Position numbers and translations under genes: made by a program | Notes under the pieces: model-generated | Database searches by the model: none | What the model was told of the DNA's origin: nothing | Seen by the model: only the letters and a program-made list of their open reading frames with translations | NCBI RefSeq assembly: GCF_044704955.1 | Contig: NW_027252026.1 | Span: forward strand, 496,001-560,000 | DNA length: 64,000 nt | Direction: 5' to 3' | Origin: Pristiophorus japonicus | Taxonomy: Eukaryota | In this document: positions 35,301 to 48,100 of the stretch, piece by piece | Layout of the letters: each line of letters opens with the position of its first letter | Numbering within the stretch: position 1 is the stretch's first letter

Positions 35301-38300
35301 CTGACTGTGACTAACTGGCTGATTTCTCTAGGAGTGAATGTGGCCGGCTAGAAGACCTGGTGAAGGGAGTGTGAACAATGGAATCATCACTAACCAGCTG
35401 ACAGTCGGAAGGGTGTTGCTGTGGAAGGTTTGTTTATTCCAGCTCGAACTGGGAGGCATAATCTTAGAATAAGGGCCGCCCACTTAAAACTGAGATGAGA
35501 AGGAATTTCTTCTCTCAGAGGGTTGTAAATCTGTGGAATTCACAGACTCAGAGTGCTTTGGATGCTGGGACAGTGAATGGATTTAAGACAGAGATAGACT
35601 GTTTCTTAACTGATAAGGGATTAAGGGGTTATGGGGAGCGGGCAGGGAAATGGACCTGAGTCCATGATCGTATTAAATGGCAGAGCAGGCTCGAGGGGCT
35701 GAATGGTCTACTCCTGCTCCTATTTCCTATGTTCTTATGTTCTTATGACTGCTGCACCATCATTGATCTGAGCGTCCAGCACGCCAAACCCAAGAAACAC
35801 AAAAGCTGTTTCAGAAGGACATTGGAGTGCTAGAGTCATCCTCCACCCAGAGATGTGGGCACGGAGAAGGCAAACTAGTTTATCATTGTCCATCGCCCGA
35901 GCACCCACTTCTCCGGGTCATAACCAAGTGTAAAGCTGTTATTGCATTCTAGCGCATCTAGTCCTTGTAATCTAAAGCCCAGTGGATTCTGGCCAAACGC
36001 AGTTACATCAAGGTGAGGTTCTTTGACTGGATGGGTCAAACTGTGACATCACAGGGCAAGCCTGACCCTACCCTGTGCATCACGTGATCACTGACATCAC
36101 GATAGGTTTGTAAACAGGAGCAACATGACGCAGAAGAGGTTGCACAAGCAGTTTCAGTGAAGGAAAGGGAGCTGTACTGACTGTGACTAACTGGCTGATC
36201 TCTCTAGGAGTGAATGTGGCCGGCTAGAAGACCTGGTGAAGGGAGTGTGAACAATGGAATCATCACTAACCAGCTGACAGTCGGAAGGGTGTTGCTGTAG
36301 AAGGTTTGTTTATTCCAGCTAGAACTGGGAGGCATTATCTTAGATTAAGGGGCCGCCCATTTAAATCTGAGATGAGGAGGAATTTCTTCTCTCAGAGGGT
36401 TGTAAACCTGTGGAATTCACTGCCTCAGAGTGCTTTGGATACTGGGTCATTGAATGGATTTAAGGCAGAGATAGAGAATTTCTTAACTGGTAAGGGATTA
36501 AGGGGTTATGGGGAGCGGGCAGGGAAGTGGACCTGAGTCCATGATCGGATCAGCCATGATCATATTAAATAATGGAGCAGGCTCGAGGGGCCGAATGGCC
36601 TACTCCTGCTCCTATTTCTTATGTTCTTATGACTGCTGCACCAACGTTGATCTGAGCGTCCAGCACTCCAAACCCAAGAAACACAAAAGCTGTTTCAGAA
36701 GGACATTGGAGTGCTAGAGTCATCCTCCACCCAGAGATGTGGGCACGGAGAAGGCAAACAAGTTTATCATTGTCCATCGCCCGAGCACCCTCTTCTCTGG
36801 GACATAACCAAGTGTAAAGCTGTTATTGCATTCTAGCGCATCTTGTCCTTGTAATCTAAAGCCCAGGGGATTCTGGCCAAACACAGTTACATCAAGGTGA
36901 GGCCCTTTCACTGGACGGGTCAAACTGTGACATCACAGGGCAAGCCTGACTCTACCCGGTACATCACGTGATCACTGACATCACGATAGGTTTGTAAACA
37001 TGGGCAACATGAGGCAGAAGAGGTTGCACAAGCAGTTTCAGTGAAGGAAAGGGAGCTGTACTGACTGTGACTAACTGGCTGATCTCTCTAGGAGTGAATG
37101 TGGCCGGCTAGAAGACCTGGTGAAGGGAGTGTGAACAATGGAATCATCACTAACCAGCTGACAGTCAGAAGGGTGTTGCTGTAGAAGGTTTGTTTAATCC
37201 AGCTTGTATAATTCCCTGTGAAAGTCAGAGTGTGTAACAGTATAACCCACTGCAGTGACCATGCAGACATCAATGTTCAAACCCTGGGAACTGAAACCAG
37301 ATCAGTACTCGCTCGTTGTTCTGATCAACTGGGATAATCTGTGGGACAAGGAGTCGATGGGAAACTCTTGTCCCAGCTGTTACTGGTGCCCTCTGACCTT
37401 GTCAATCCCTGGGTCCTTGTCAAGGACTTGCTCCCAGGTCAGTTGGCTCAGGTACTGCCACCAATAGCCCTCCGATTGTCAGAGAAGTTCCTTGTCCCAA
37501 TGATCCTGGTTCACCTGATGGCATTGCCGCCATTCTGGACCATCTCTCGGATTCTGAAGAAGGTGTAAATTCCCCAACTCCACAACCTTTAATACTCAGG
37601 TGGCAGCAGAATCTGTGGCCAGTGACATTACATGGAAAGAAACACGTTGATAGTTTTGCCCCCAGAATCTGCATTAAACATTTACAGCTTCAATGGTTTA
37701 CTGTACAATGCTCGTTCTAAAGTACCTGTCATTGTCTTGTTGTGATCCAGTGATTTAAAAACAAATCTGTCATTTGTTCTTCTGCTAGAGGTACACGGTT
37801 GGCGTCAGGATGAGAGAGAGAAAATGGGCGGTTTCATCAAAGTACCTCCAGACTAAAGTTGTGAGTAACAAAACCACAAAGACAAGTGGATCAGACACAC
37901 AAGAGAGAGCACATCGTGACAGAAATCAAATCAATGCCAGCAGAGAAACCACAGGAGCGGGCGGTGTAACTGAAATTATCCCGATGCCCTCCCTCTGTGT
38001 CCCATCCATTTCTCAGTACCAACTCCACACCTTTCAATTTGTGTTTCATTTAACGGCCAGTATCCCCCCTTCCCCAGAGACCCATCTAGTCCTCATGTCC
38101 CTGCACCGGCAACAAGCACCAACCCTGCTCCAACTCCAGGCTCAGTTCGGCAATGCTTGGGGTGAACTGCACTGGCACTGGGTAAAGCCCAGTCTGTGCC
38201 ATCATCTCCAACCAGTGCCATCCAGGGGTCCACCTCGGGACTTAACAGGAAAGTCTCAAGCATGGACGCTCTGGTTGTTGCCCCGAGACTTCCCAGAATT

Positions 38301-38778
38301 CAGAGGGAGCCCTCCCCTGGCACCAGCTGGCTCGGAGGAGTCCGTGACTGCTGGTACCAGGATCTCTCCCAATTCCTATGGGGCATCGAGGTTCCAAGGG
38401 CTCTCACTCCAAGGGAGGATATGTGTGCCCCAGTGGTACCTCCCCCACGAGGCGGGGGCTCATGTCTGCAGGGTCTAACTCAATCGGCCTTTGTATTCAT
38501 GAGCCTGTAACTAATCGCTTCCGAAGGCAGGAAGCCTCCAGGTAGCTTCCTCGGGCTGAACCGGCAGGAAGGCTGATCGTGAGGCCCTCATCTCTGTTCC
38601 CAGAGCCTCACTATCAACCTTCCCTGTCTCTTCAGCCCGAGGCAGCTTCCCAGAGCCATCCCACCTTCGGATGCCAAGCTGGGAGCCTGAGTCGGACCAG
38701 CACCTCCAGTCTTTTGGGCTTTTTCATGTATTTAACACAAGGGTGACGAATCTGAAACTGTGGGTTCCAGAAGTCCCT

Positions 38779-39150
38779 TCACTTGGGGGTTTGTGTCTTT
38801 ACTTGGGGTTTACTCAGGCTGTTGCTGTATTCATCCGACCAATTTCCAGGGCACTTCGGGTGGACTGCTGCAGCAGAACCTTCATCGTTCCCAGAATTGA
38901 TGGCATGAATCGCAGAATTGATGGAACGAATCCCAAAACTGCTCACCCTCAAGCAGCAGGTTTTAAAAATGCCAATGCGCAGACCCCACACCCATTCACG
39001 GAGCGGAGCGAGCTCTGCCCACACCAGGTGGTGCTCCGAGCATGGCTCCAGCTGTATGGAAGCTGCCAGAATGTGGGTGACGTAAGCCCGGGAAATGTAA
39101 AGATACTTGTTTCTAAACCTTCCTCCTCTCGATGTTGTAGCCCACCCCAT
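38779..39150 (-). mobile_element. L1/Tx1-clade LINE endonuclease relic
   Basis: LYISRAYV...PCSEHHLVWAEL followed by AYWHFKN in another frame (the SDH and W-x-x-N motifs of Tx1 ORF2). Confidence 0.65.
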
Positions 39151-39189
39151 CTATAGGCCCCTTCCACTCACCATCACCAATCCTTTCTT

Positions 39190-40812
39190 ATATTTAAGGA
39201 GGGAGATGAAACATGTCCAGGGAACTATAGATCAGTCAGCTTAACATTGGTCGTAGGAAAAATAATGCAATCCCTACTAAAGGAGAAAATAAAAGCACAT
39301 CTAGAAACCAAAAATATAATAATGGATAGCAGCCTGGATTTCAAAAGGAAATGTCTTGCTTGACCAGCCTCATTGAAAAGGTAACAGAGAGAGTAGATAA
39401 GGGCAATGTAGTCGATGTCATTTATCTAGATTTTCAAAAAGCCTTCAATAAGGTACCACAAAATAGACTAAAATATAAGGTCAGAGAAGGTGGAGTCAGG
39501 AGACAAGTAACAGAATGGATAGCTAGCTGGCCTCAAGACAGAAAGCAGAGAGGAGGGGTAAAGGGTAGCTATTGACAGTGGCAGAATGTGGGGAGTGGTG
39601 TTCTACAAGGATCAGTGCTGGGACCAATGTTGTTCACAATTTATATTAATGATTTAGACTTTGGAATCAAAGACACAATTTCTAAATTTGCCGATGACAC
39701 TAAATTGGAGGGTAGTCAATACTGAGGAGGACCGCAACAAATTATAAAGGAGGACATTAATAAACTTGCAGAATGGGCATCTACTTGGCAAATTAATTTC
39801 AAACAGAAAAATGTGAGGTGGGAAGAATAAGGAGGTCACTTATTGTTTGGATCGTGCGAGTCTGGGTGGGGTCGAGGAACAAAGGGATCTCGGAGTACAA
39901 ATACACCAATTGATGAAAGTAGTGACACAGACTAACAAGGCCATAAAATAAGCAAACCAGGCACTGGGGTTTATTTCTAGAGGGACAGAATTGAAAAGTA
40001 GCGAAGCTATGCTAAACTTGTATCAAACCTTGGTTAGACCACACTTGGAGCACTGCGTACAATTCTGGTCACCATATTACAGATAAGATATAGAGGCACT
40101 GGAGCGGGTGCAGAGAAGACTTACAAGGATGATATTGAAATGCGAGGGTAAACCTATCAGAAAGTGATGAACAGGCTGGGTCTCTTTTTGCTTGATAAAA
40201 GAAGGCTGAGGGGTAACCAATAGATGATGAAAGGTTTTGATCGAGTAGTTACAGAGAGAATGTTTTCACTCGAGGACATCAATATAAGATAGTCACCCAC
40301 AAATCAATTAGGAATTCAGAAGAAACTTCTTTACCCAGAGAATGGTGAGATGTGGAGTAGTTGAGGCAAATAGTATCGATGTGTTTAAGGGGAGGCTAGA
40401 TGAGATATGTGTACACACTAGGTCCATGCAGCAGAGCTGGTTTCTAATCGTCTTGGTCAACCCTTGCCATTGGACCAAGACCTCGCTCTGTCAAGCCCAT
40501 GTGGTGGCTGGTGTGCAACGGCCACCAGATTTTAAAAACATCCAAGCACAGGCATCTTCCAACCTTGAGGATGTAGTTCGGGGTCTTCATTGAAACACCT
40601 GTGAACTCATCCTTTTTTAGCATGGAAGCAAGTCATCCTCATTTCGAGGGACTGCCTATGATGATTGATTGAGAAGTATAGAAGGGAGAAGTGAATCGAG
40701 GGTTATCCTGATAGTTAGATGAGTGGAGACAGGGGGAGGCTCGAGTGGAGTATAAACGCCAGCATGGACTGGTTTAGCCGAATGGCCTGTTTCTGTGCTG
40801 TATTCCTATGTA
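39190..40812 (+). mobile_element. Old decayed CR1-type LINE
   Basis: DVIYLDFQKAF, KFADDT and RPHLE motifs with many stops; 3' UTR ...gccgaatggcctgtttctgtgctgt. Confidence 0.85.
40411..40665 (+). mobile_element. Bipartite non-autonomous RTE derivative (5' UTR plus 3' tail)
   Basis: The 5' part matches the RTE 5' UTR at 52680-52820(-); the 3' part is the RTE tail ggaagcaagtcatcctc...gagggactgcctatgatgat. Confidence 0.75.
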
Positions 40813-41182
40813 ATCATTCACCTCCATTAGCCTTTACAAGGCTTTATCCGGACCGCAATGTCCTTTGCACCATGATCGCCTATCATTCCAGATTAGGACC
40901 TGGAATGCAGGGAGGTAACCTTGGATACCCGTTCCAGCTCCACCTCCCCAAGCAGTGATCAGCAGCCTCGGGTGTGAATGGTACAATAGGACATTGTAGA
41001 CTTTCAGACTCGGTGAGGGGCAAGTCAGCATGTCTACACTCAGACTGTATGACAGTAGTCCGGTATTTCTCCAATCTGGGACCCACTCCTGGGTCCCTCT
41101 GTCAAGTTGACGTGTTGCTTCCCATTGGTGCTTGAATGACGGGGTGACACTCTTGCTGCCACATTTGTCCTGGGTGGAGGTC

Positions 41183-42170
41183 ATCATCATAGGCAGTCCC
41201 TCGGAATAGAGGAAGACTTGCTTCCACTCCTCAAGTGAGTTATTTGGTGGCTGAATAGTCCAATACGAGAGCCACAGACTCTGTCACAGGTGGGACAGAT
41301 AGTCGTTGAGGGTAAGGGAGGGTGGGACTGGTTTGCCGCATGCTCTTTCCGCCGTCTGTGCTTGATTTCCGCACGCTCTCGGCGTTGAGACTCGAAGTGT
41401 TCAACACCCTCCCGATGCACTTTCTCCACTTAGGACGGACTTTGGCCAGGGACTCCGAGGTGTCAGTGATGATGTCGCACTTTATCAGTGAGGCTATGAG
41501 GGTGTCCTTGCAATGGTTCCGCTGCCCACCTTTGGCTCATTTGCCGTGAAGGAGCTCAGCATCGATCACTTGCCTTGGGAGTCTCGTGTCTGACATGCGA
41601 ACTTTGTGGCCTGCCCAGCCAAGCTGACCGAGTGTGGTCAGTGCTTCAATGCTGGGGATGTTAGCCTGGATGAGGACGCTAATGTTGGTGTGCCTGTCCT
41701 CCGAGGGGATTTGTAGGATCTTGCGGAGACATCGTTGGTGATATTTCTCCAGCGAATTGAGGTGTCTTCTGTACATCGTCCATGCCCCTAAGCCATACAG
41801 GAGGTTGGGTATTACTACAGCCCTGTAGACCTTGAGCTTGGTGCTAGATTTGAGGGCCTGGTCTTTGAACAGTTTTTTTCTCAGGCAGCCGAGGGTTGCA
41901 CTGGCTCACTGGAGGGAGTGTTGTATCTCTGCATCACTGTCTGCTTTTGTTGACAAGAGGCTCTCGAGGTATGGGAAATGATGCACGTTGTTGAGGGCTG
42001 TGGATCTTGATGACTGGGGGGCAGTGCTGTGCGGTGAGGACAGGCTGGTGGAGGAACTTTATCTTACGGATGTTTAGCGTAAGGCCCATGCTTTCGTATG
42101 CCTCAGTAAATACGTCGACTCTATTCTGGAGTTCAGCCTCAGAATGTGCGCAGACACAGGAGGCCAGGCT
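41183..42170 (-). mobile_element. RTE-clade LINE 3' fragment
   Basis: YESMGLTLN, WAGH, CPTCDRVCGSRIGLFSH zinc finger; (atg)n tail. Confidence 0.9.
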
Positions 42171-45100
42171 CCACCTCACAGTCAACAAGCTCCCCGCTGG
42201 AGTGGAACTAAACTACAGAACCAGTGGGAAGCTGTTTAACCCACGCTGCCTCCAGGCCAGGACCAAGTTCACCCAACCTCTGTCGTTGAGCTACAGTACG
42301 CGGATGCCGCCTGCATCTGCACACATTCTGAGGCTGAACTTCAGGTTACAGTCGATGTATTTACTGAGGCATACGAAAGCATGGGCCCTACGCTAAATAT
42401 CCATAAGACAAAGGTCCTCCACCAGCCTGTCCTTGCCACAAAGCACTGCCCCGAGTCATCAAGATCCACGGCGCGGCCCTCAACAACGTGGACCATGTCC
42501 CTTACCTCAGGAACCTCTTATCAACAAAAGCAGACAGTGATGCGGAGATTCAACACCGCCTCCAATGCGCCAGTGCAGCCTTCGGCCACCTGAGGAAAAG
42601 AGTGTTTGAAGACCAGGCCCTCAAATCTATCAGTAAGCTCATGGTCTACAGGGCTGTAGTAATACCCGCCCTCCTGTATGGCTTAGGGGCATGGACGATG
42701 TACAGAAGAGACCTCAATTCGCTGGAGATATATCATCAATGATGTCTCCGCAAGATCCTTCATATCCCGTGGGAGGACAGACGCACCAACATCAGTGTCC
42801 TTGCCTAGGTTAACATCCCCAGCTTGGGCAGGTCACTTAGTTCGCATGCCAGACACGATGCTCCCAAAGCAAGCGCTCTATGCGGCACACCTTCATGGCA
42901 AACGAGCCAAAGGTGGGCAGTGGAGACGTTACAAGGACACCCTCAAAGCCTCCCTGGTGAAGTGTGACATCACCACCGACACCTGGGAGACCCTGTCCGA
43001 AGACCGTCCTAGGTGGCGAAAGTGCATTCAGGAGGGTGTTGAGTTCTTCGAATCTCAACGCTGCGAGTGTGAAGAGGTCAGGTGCAGGCAGCGGAAGGGG
43101 CGTGTGGTAAATCAGTGCCACCCCACCCTTTCCACGACGAATGTCTGTCCCACCTGTGACAGGGTCTGTGGTTCTCGTGTTGGACTGTTCAGCCACTAAA
43201 GAACTCACTTTAGTAGTGGAAGCAAGTCTTCCTCAATTCCGAGAGACTGCCTCTGATGATTGATTGAGATAAGCATTTCAGGGAGAAGTGAACAGAGAGT
43301 TATCCTGATCGTTAGATGAGGGGAGACAGTGGGGAGGCTCGAGTGGACCATAAACGCTAGCATGGACTGGTTGAGCCGAATGGCCTGTTTCTGTGCTGTA
43401 ATCGATGTAATCATTTACCTCCATAAGACTTTACAATGCTTTATCCAGACCGTAATGTCCTTTGTACCATCTAGTCCATCATTCCCGATTCGGACCTGGA
43501 ATGCAGGGCAGTAACCTTCGAAACCCGTTCCAGCTCCACGTCCCCAAACAGTGATCAGCAGCCTCGGGATGTGAATGGTCCAATAGGACAGTGTAGACTT
43601 TCAGTCTCAGTGCCGGGCAAGTCAGCATGTCTGCGGACAGACTGTATGACAGTAGTCCGGTATTTCTACAGTCTGGGACCCCCTCCTGGGTCCCTTTGTC
43701 AAGTTGACGTGTTACTTCCCATTGGTGCTTGAACGACGGGGTGACATTCTTGCTGCCACATTTGGCCGGTTGGACATCATCATCATAGGCAGTCCCTCGG
43801 AATAGAGGAAGACTTGCTTCCACTCCTGAAATGAGTACTTTGGTGGCTGAGTAGTCCAATAAGAGAGCCTTTGACTCTGTCACAGGTGGGACAGATCGTC
43901 GTTGAGGGGAAGGCTGGGTGGGACTGGTTTGCCACATGCTCTTTCTGCTGTCTGCGCTTGATTTCCGCACGCTCTTGGCGTTGAGACTCGAGGTGCTCAT
44001 CACTCTCCCGATGCACTTTCTTCACTTAGGGCGGTCTTTGGCCAGGGACTCTCGGTGTCAGTGATGGTGTCGCAGTCTATCAGGGAGGCTTTGAGGGTGT
44101 CATTGCACTGTTTCCGCTGCTCACCTTTGGCTCATTTGCCGTGAAGGAGCTCTGCATAGTTCACTTGCTGAAGGAATCTCGTGTCTGACATGCGAACTAT
44201 GTGGCCTGCCCAGCGAAGCTGACCGAGTGTGGTCAGTGCTTCAGTGCTGGGAATGATAGCCTGGACGTGGTCGCTAATGTTGGTGCGCCTGTCCTCCGAG
44301 GGGATTTGTAGGATCTTACAAAGACATCGTTGGTGCTATATTTCCAGCGAATTGAAGTGCCTTCTGTACATCGTCCATGCCCCTGAGCCATACAGGAGGG
44401 TATTACTACAGCCCTATAGAGCATGAGCTTGGTGGTAGATAAAGGTCCTCCACAAGCCTGTCCTTTCCGCAAAGCACTGTCCCCCAGTCATCAAGTTCCA
44501 TGGCGTGGCCCCCGACAACCTGGACCATTTCCTTTACCTCAGGAGCCTCTTATCAACAAAAGCAGATGTTGATGCGGAGATTCAACACCGCCTCCAGTGC
44601 GCCAGTGCAGCCTTCGGCCACCTGAGGAAAAGAGTGTTCAAAGTCCAGGCCTTGAAATCTACCACTAAGCTCATGGTCTACAGGGCTGTAGTAATACCCG
44701 CCCTCCTGTATGGGTCAGGGGCATCGACGATGTAGAGAAGACACCTCAAGTCGCTGGAGATATATCATCAATGATGTCTCCGCAAGATTCTTCGTATCCC
44801 GTGGGAGGACAGACGCACCAACATCAGTGTCCTTGCCTAGGCTAACATCCCCAGCTTGGGCAGGTCACTTAGTTCGCATGCCAGACACGATGCTCCCAAA
44901 GCAAGCGCTCTATGCAGCACACCTTCATGGCAAACGAGCCAAAGGTGGGCAGTGGAGACGTTACAAGGACACCCTCAAAGCCTCCCTGGTGAGTGTGACA
45001 TCATCACCGACACCTGGGAGACCCTGGCCGAAGACCGTCCTAGGTGGAGAAAGTGCATTCGGGAGGGTGTTGAGTTCTTCGAATCTCAACGCTGCGAGTG

Positions 45101-48100
45101 TGAAGAGGTCAGGTGCAGGCAGCGGAAGGAACGTGTGGTAAATCAGTGCCACCCCACCCTTTCCACGACGAATGTCTGTCCCACCTGTGACAGGGTCTGT
45201 GGTTCTCGTGTTGGACTGTTCAGCCACTAAAGAACTCACTTTAGTAGTGGAAGCAAGTCTTCCTCGATTCCGAGAGACTGCCTCTGATGATTGATTGGTC
45301 ACTTTTCCCTGAAATGCTTATCTCAGAGGGTTATCCTGATAGTTAAATGAGGGGAGACAGGGGGGAGGCTCGAGTGGACCATAAACGCTAGCATGGACTG
45401 GTTGAGCCGAATGGCCTGTTTCTGTGCTGTAATCGATGTAATCATTCACCTCCATAAGACTTTACAATGCTTTATCCAGACCGTAATGTCCTTTGTACCA
45501 TCTAGTCCATCATTCCCGATTCGGACCTGGAATGCAGGGCAGTAACCTTCGAAACCCGTTCCAGCTCCACGTCCCCAAACAGTGATCAGCAGCCTCGGGA
45601 TGTGAATGGTCCAATAGGACAGTGTAGACTTTCAGTCTCAGTGCCGGGCAAGTCAGCATGTCTACAGACAGACTGTATGACAATAGTCTGGTATTTCTAC
45701 AGTCTGGGACTCCCTTCTGGGTCCCTCTGTCAAGTTGACGTCTTACTTCCCATTGGTGCTTGAACAACGGGGTGACACTCTTGCTGCCACATTTGGCCAG
45801 GGTGGACATCATCATCATAGGCAGTCCCTCGGAATAGAGGAAGACTTGCTTCCACTCCTGAAGTGAGTACTTTGGTGGCTGAGTAGTCCAATAAGAGAGC
45901 CTTTGACTCTGTCACAGGTGGGACAGATAGTCGTTGAGGGGAAGGCTGGGTGGGACTGGTTTGCCACATGCTCTTTCCGCTGTCTGCGCTTGATTTCCGC
46001 ACGCTCTTGGCGTTGAGACTCGAGGTGCTCATCACCCTCCCGATGCACTTTCTTCACTTAGGGCGGTCTTTGGCCAGGGACTCTCGGTGTCAGTGATGGT
46101 GTCGCACTCTATCAGGGAGGCTTTGAGGGTGTCATTGCACCGTTTCCGCTGCTCACCTTTGGCTCATTTGCCGTGAAGGAGCTCCGCATAGTTCACTTGC
46201 TGAAGGAATCTCGTGTCTGACATGCGAACTATGTGGCCTGCCCAGCGAAGCTGACCGAGTGTGGTCGGTGCTTCAGTGCTGGGAATGATAGCCTGGACGT
46301 GGTCGCTAATGTTGGTGCGCCTGTCCTCCGAGGGGATTTGTAGGATCTTACAAAGACATCGTTGGTGCTATATTTCCAGCGAATTGAAGTGCCTTCTGTA
46401 CATCGTCCATGCCCCTGAGCCATACAGGAGGGTATTACTACAGCCCTATAGAGCATGAGCTTGGTGGTAGAAAAAGGTCCTCCACCAGCCTGTCCTTGCC
46501 GCAAAACACTGTCCCCCAGTCATCAAGTTCCATGGCGTGGCCCCCGACAACCTGGACCATTTCCCTTACCTCAGGAGCCTCTTATCAACAAAAGCAGACG
46601 TTGATGCGGAGATTCAACACCGCCTCCAGTGCGCCAGTGCAGCCTTCGGCCACCTGAGGAAAAGAGTGTTCGAAGTCCAGGCCCTGAAATCTACCACTAA
46701 GCTCATGGTCTACATGGCTGTAGTAATACCCGCCCTCCTGTATGGCTCAGGGGCATCGACGATGTAGAGAAGACACCTCAAGTCACTGGAGATATATCAT
46801 CAATGATGTCTCCGCAAGATTCTTCATATCCTGTGGGAGGACAGACGCACCAACATCAGTGTCCTTGCCTAGGCTAACATCCCCAGCTTGGGCAGGTCAC
46901 TTAGTTCGCATGCCAGACACGATGCTCCCAAAGCAAGCGCTCTATGCGGCACACCTTCATGGCAAACGAGCCAAAGGTGGGCAGTGGAGACGTTACAAGG
47001 ACACCCTCAAAGCCTCCCTGGTGAAGTGTGACATCATCACCACTGACACCTGGGAGACCCTGGCCGAAGACGGCCTTAGGTGGAGAAAGTGCATTCGGGA
47101 GGGTGTTGAGTTCTTCGAATCTCAACGCTGCGAGTGTGAAGAGGTCAGGTGCAGGCAGCGGAAGGGGCGTGTGGTAAATCAGTGCCACCCCACCCTTTCC
47201 ACGACGAATGTCTGTCCCACCTGTGACAGGGTCTGTGGTTCTCGTGTTGGACTGTTCAGCCACTAAAGAACTCACTTTAGTAGTGGAAGCAAGTCTTCCT
47301 CGATTCCGAGAGACTGCCTCTGATGATTGATTGAGATAAGCATTTCAGGGAGAAGTGACCAGAGAGTTATCCTGATAGTTAAATGAGGGGAGACAGGGGG
47401 GAGGCTCGAGTGGACCATAAACGCTAGCATGGACTGGTTGAGCCGAATGGCCTGTTTCTGTGCTGTAATCGATGTAATCATTCACCTCCATAAGACTTTA
47501 CAATGCTTTATCCAGACCGTAACGTCCTTTGTACCATCTAGTCCATCATTCCCGATTAGGACCTGGAATGCAGGGCAGTAACCTTCGAAACCCGTTCCAG
47601 CTCCACGTCCCCAAACAGTGATCAGCAGCCTCAGGATGTGAATGGTCCAATAGGACAGTGTAGACTTTCAGTCTCAGTGCCAGGCAAGTCAGCATGTCTA
47701 CAGACAGACTGTATGACAGTGGTCCGGTATTTCTACAGTCTGGGACCCCCTCCTGGGTCCCTCTGTCAAGTTGACGTGTTACTTCCCATTGGTGCTTGAA
47801 CGACGGGGTGACATTCTTGCTGCCACATTTGGCCGGGGTGGACATCATCATCATAGGCAGTCCCTCGGAATAGAGGAAGACTTGCTTCCACTCCTGAAGT
47901 GAGTACTTTGGTGGCTGAGTAGTCCAATAAGAGAGCCTTTGACTCTGTCACAGGTGGGACAGATAGTCGTTGAGGGGAAGGCTGGGTGGGACTGGTTTGC
48001 CACATGCTCTTTCTGCTGTCTGCGCTTGATTTCCGCACGCTCTTGGCGTTGAGACTCGAGGTGCTCATCACTCTCCCGATGCACTTTCTTCACTTAGGGC

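Larger units (their letters stand above)
28198..37203 (+). repeat. Tandem array of ~880-bp modules (~570 bp unassigned sequence plus ~310 bp LINE 3' end), with a larger duplication of ~28356-29895 at ~33270-34870
   Basis: Module starts gactgctgcacc at 28198, 29896, 30778, 34871, 35747 and 36631; diverged partial copies near 29130 and 34077. Confidence 0.92.

Noticed and set aside
28198-37203. Hammerhead ribozyme (retrozyme) in the tandem module
   Set aside because: No CTGANGA...GAAA core in a suitable stem arrangement was found on either strand by eye.
37810-38510. 222-aa and 104-aa ORFs
   Set aside because: No recognisable motifs; GC-rich sequence beside a Tx1 relic, probably decayed TE.
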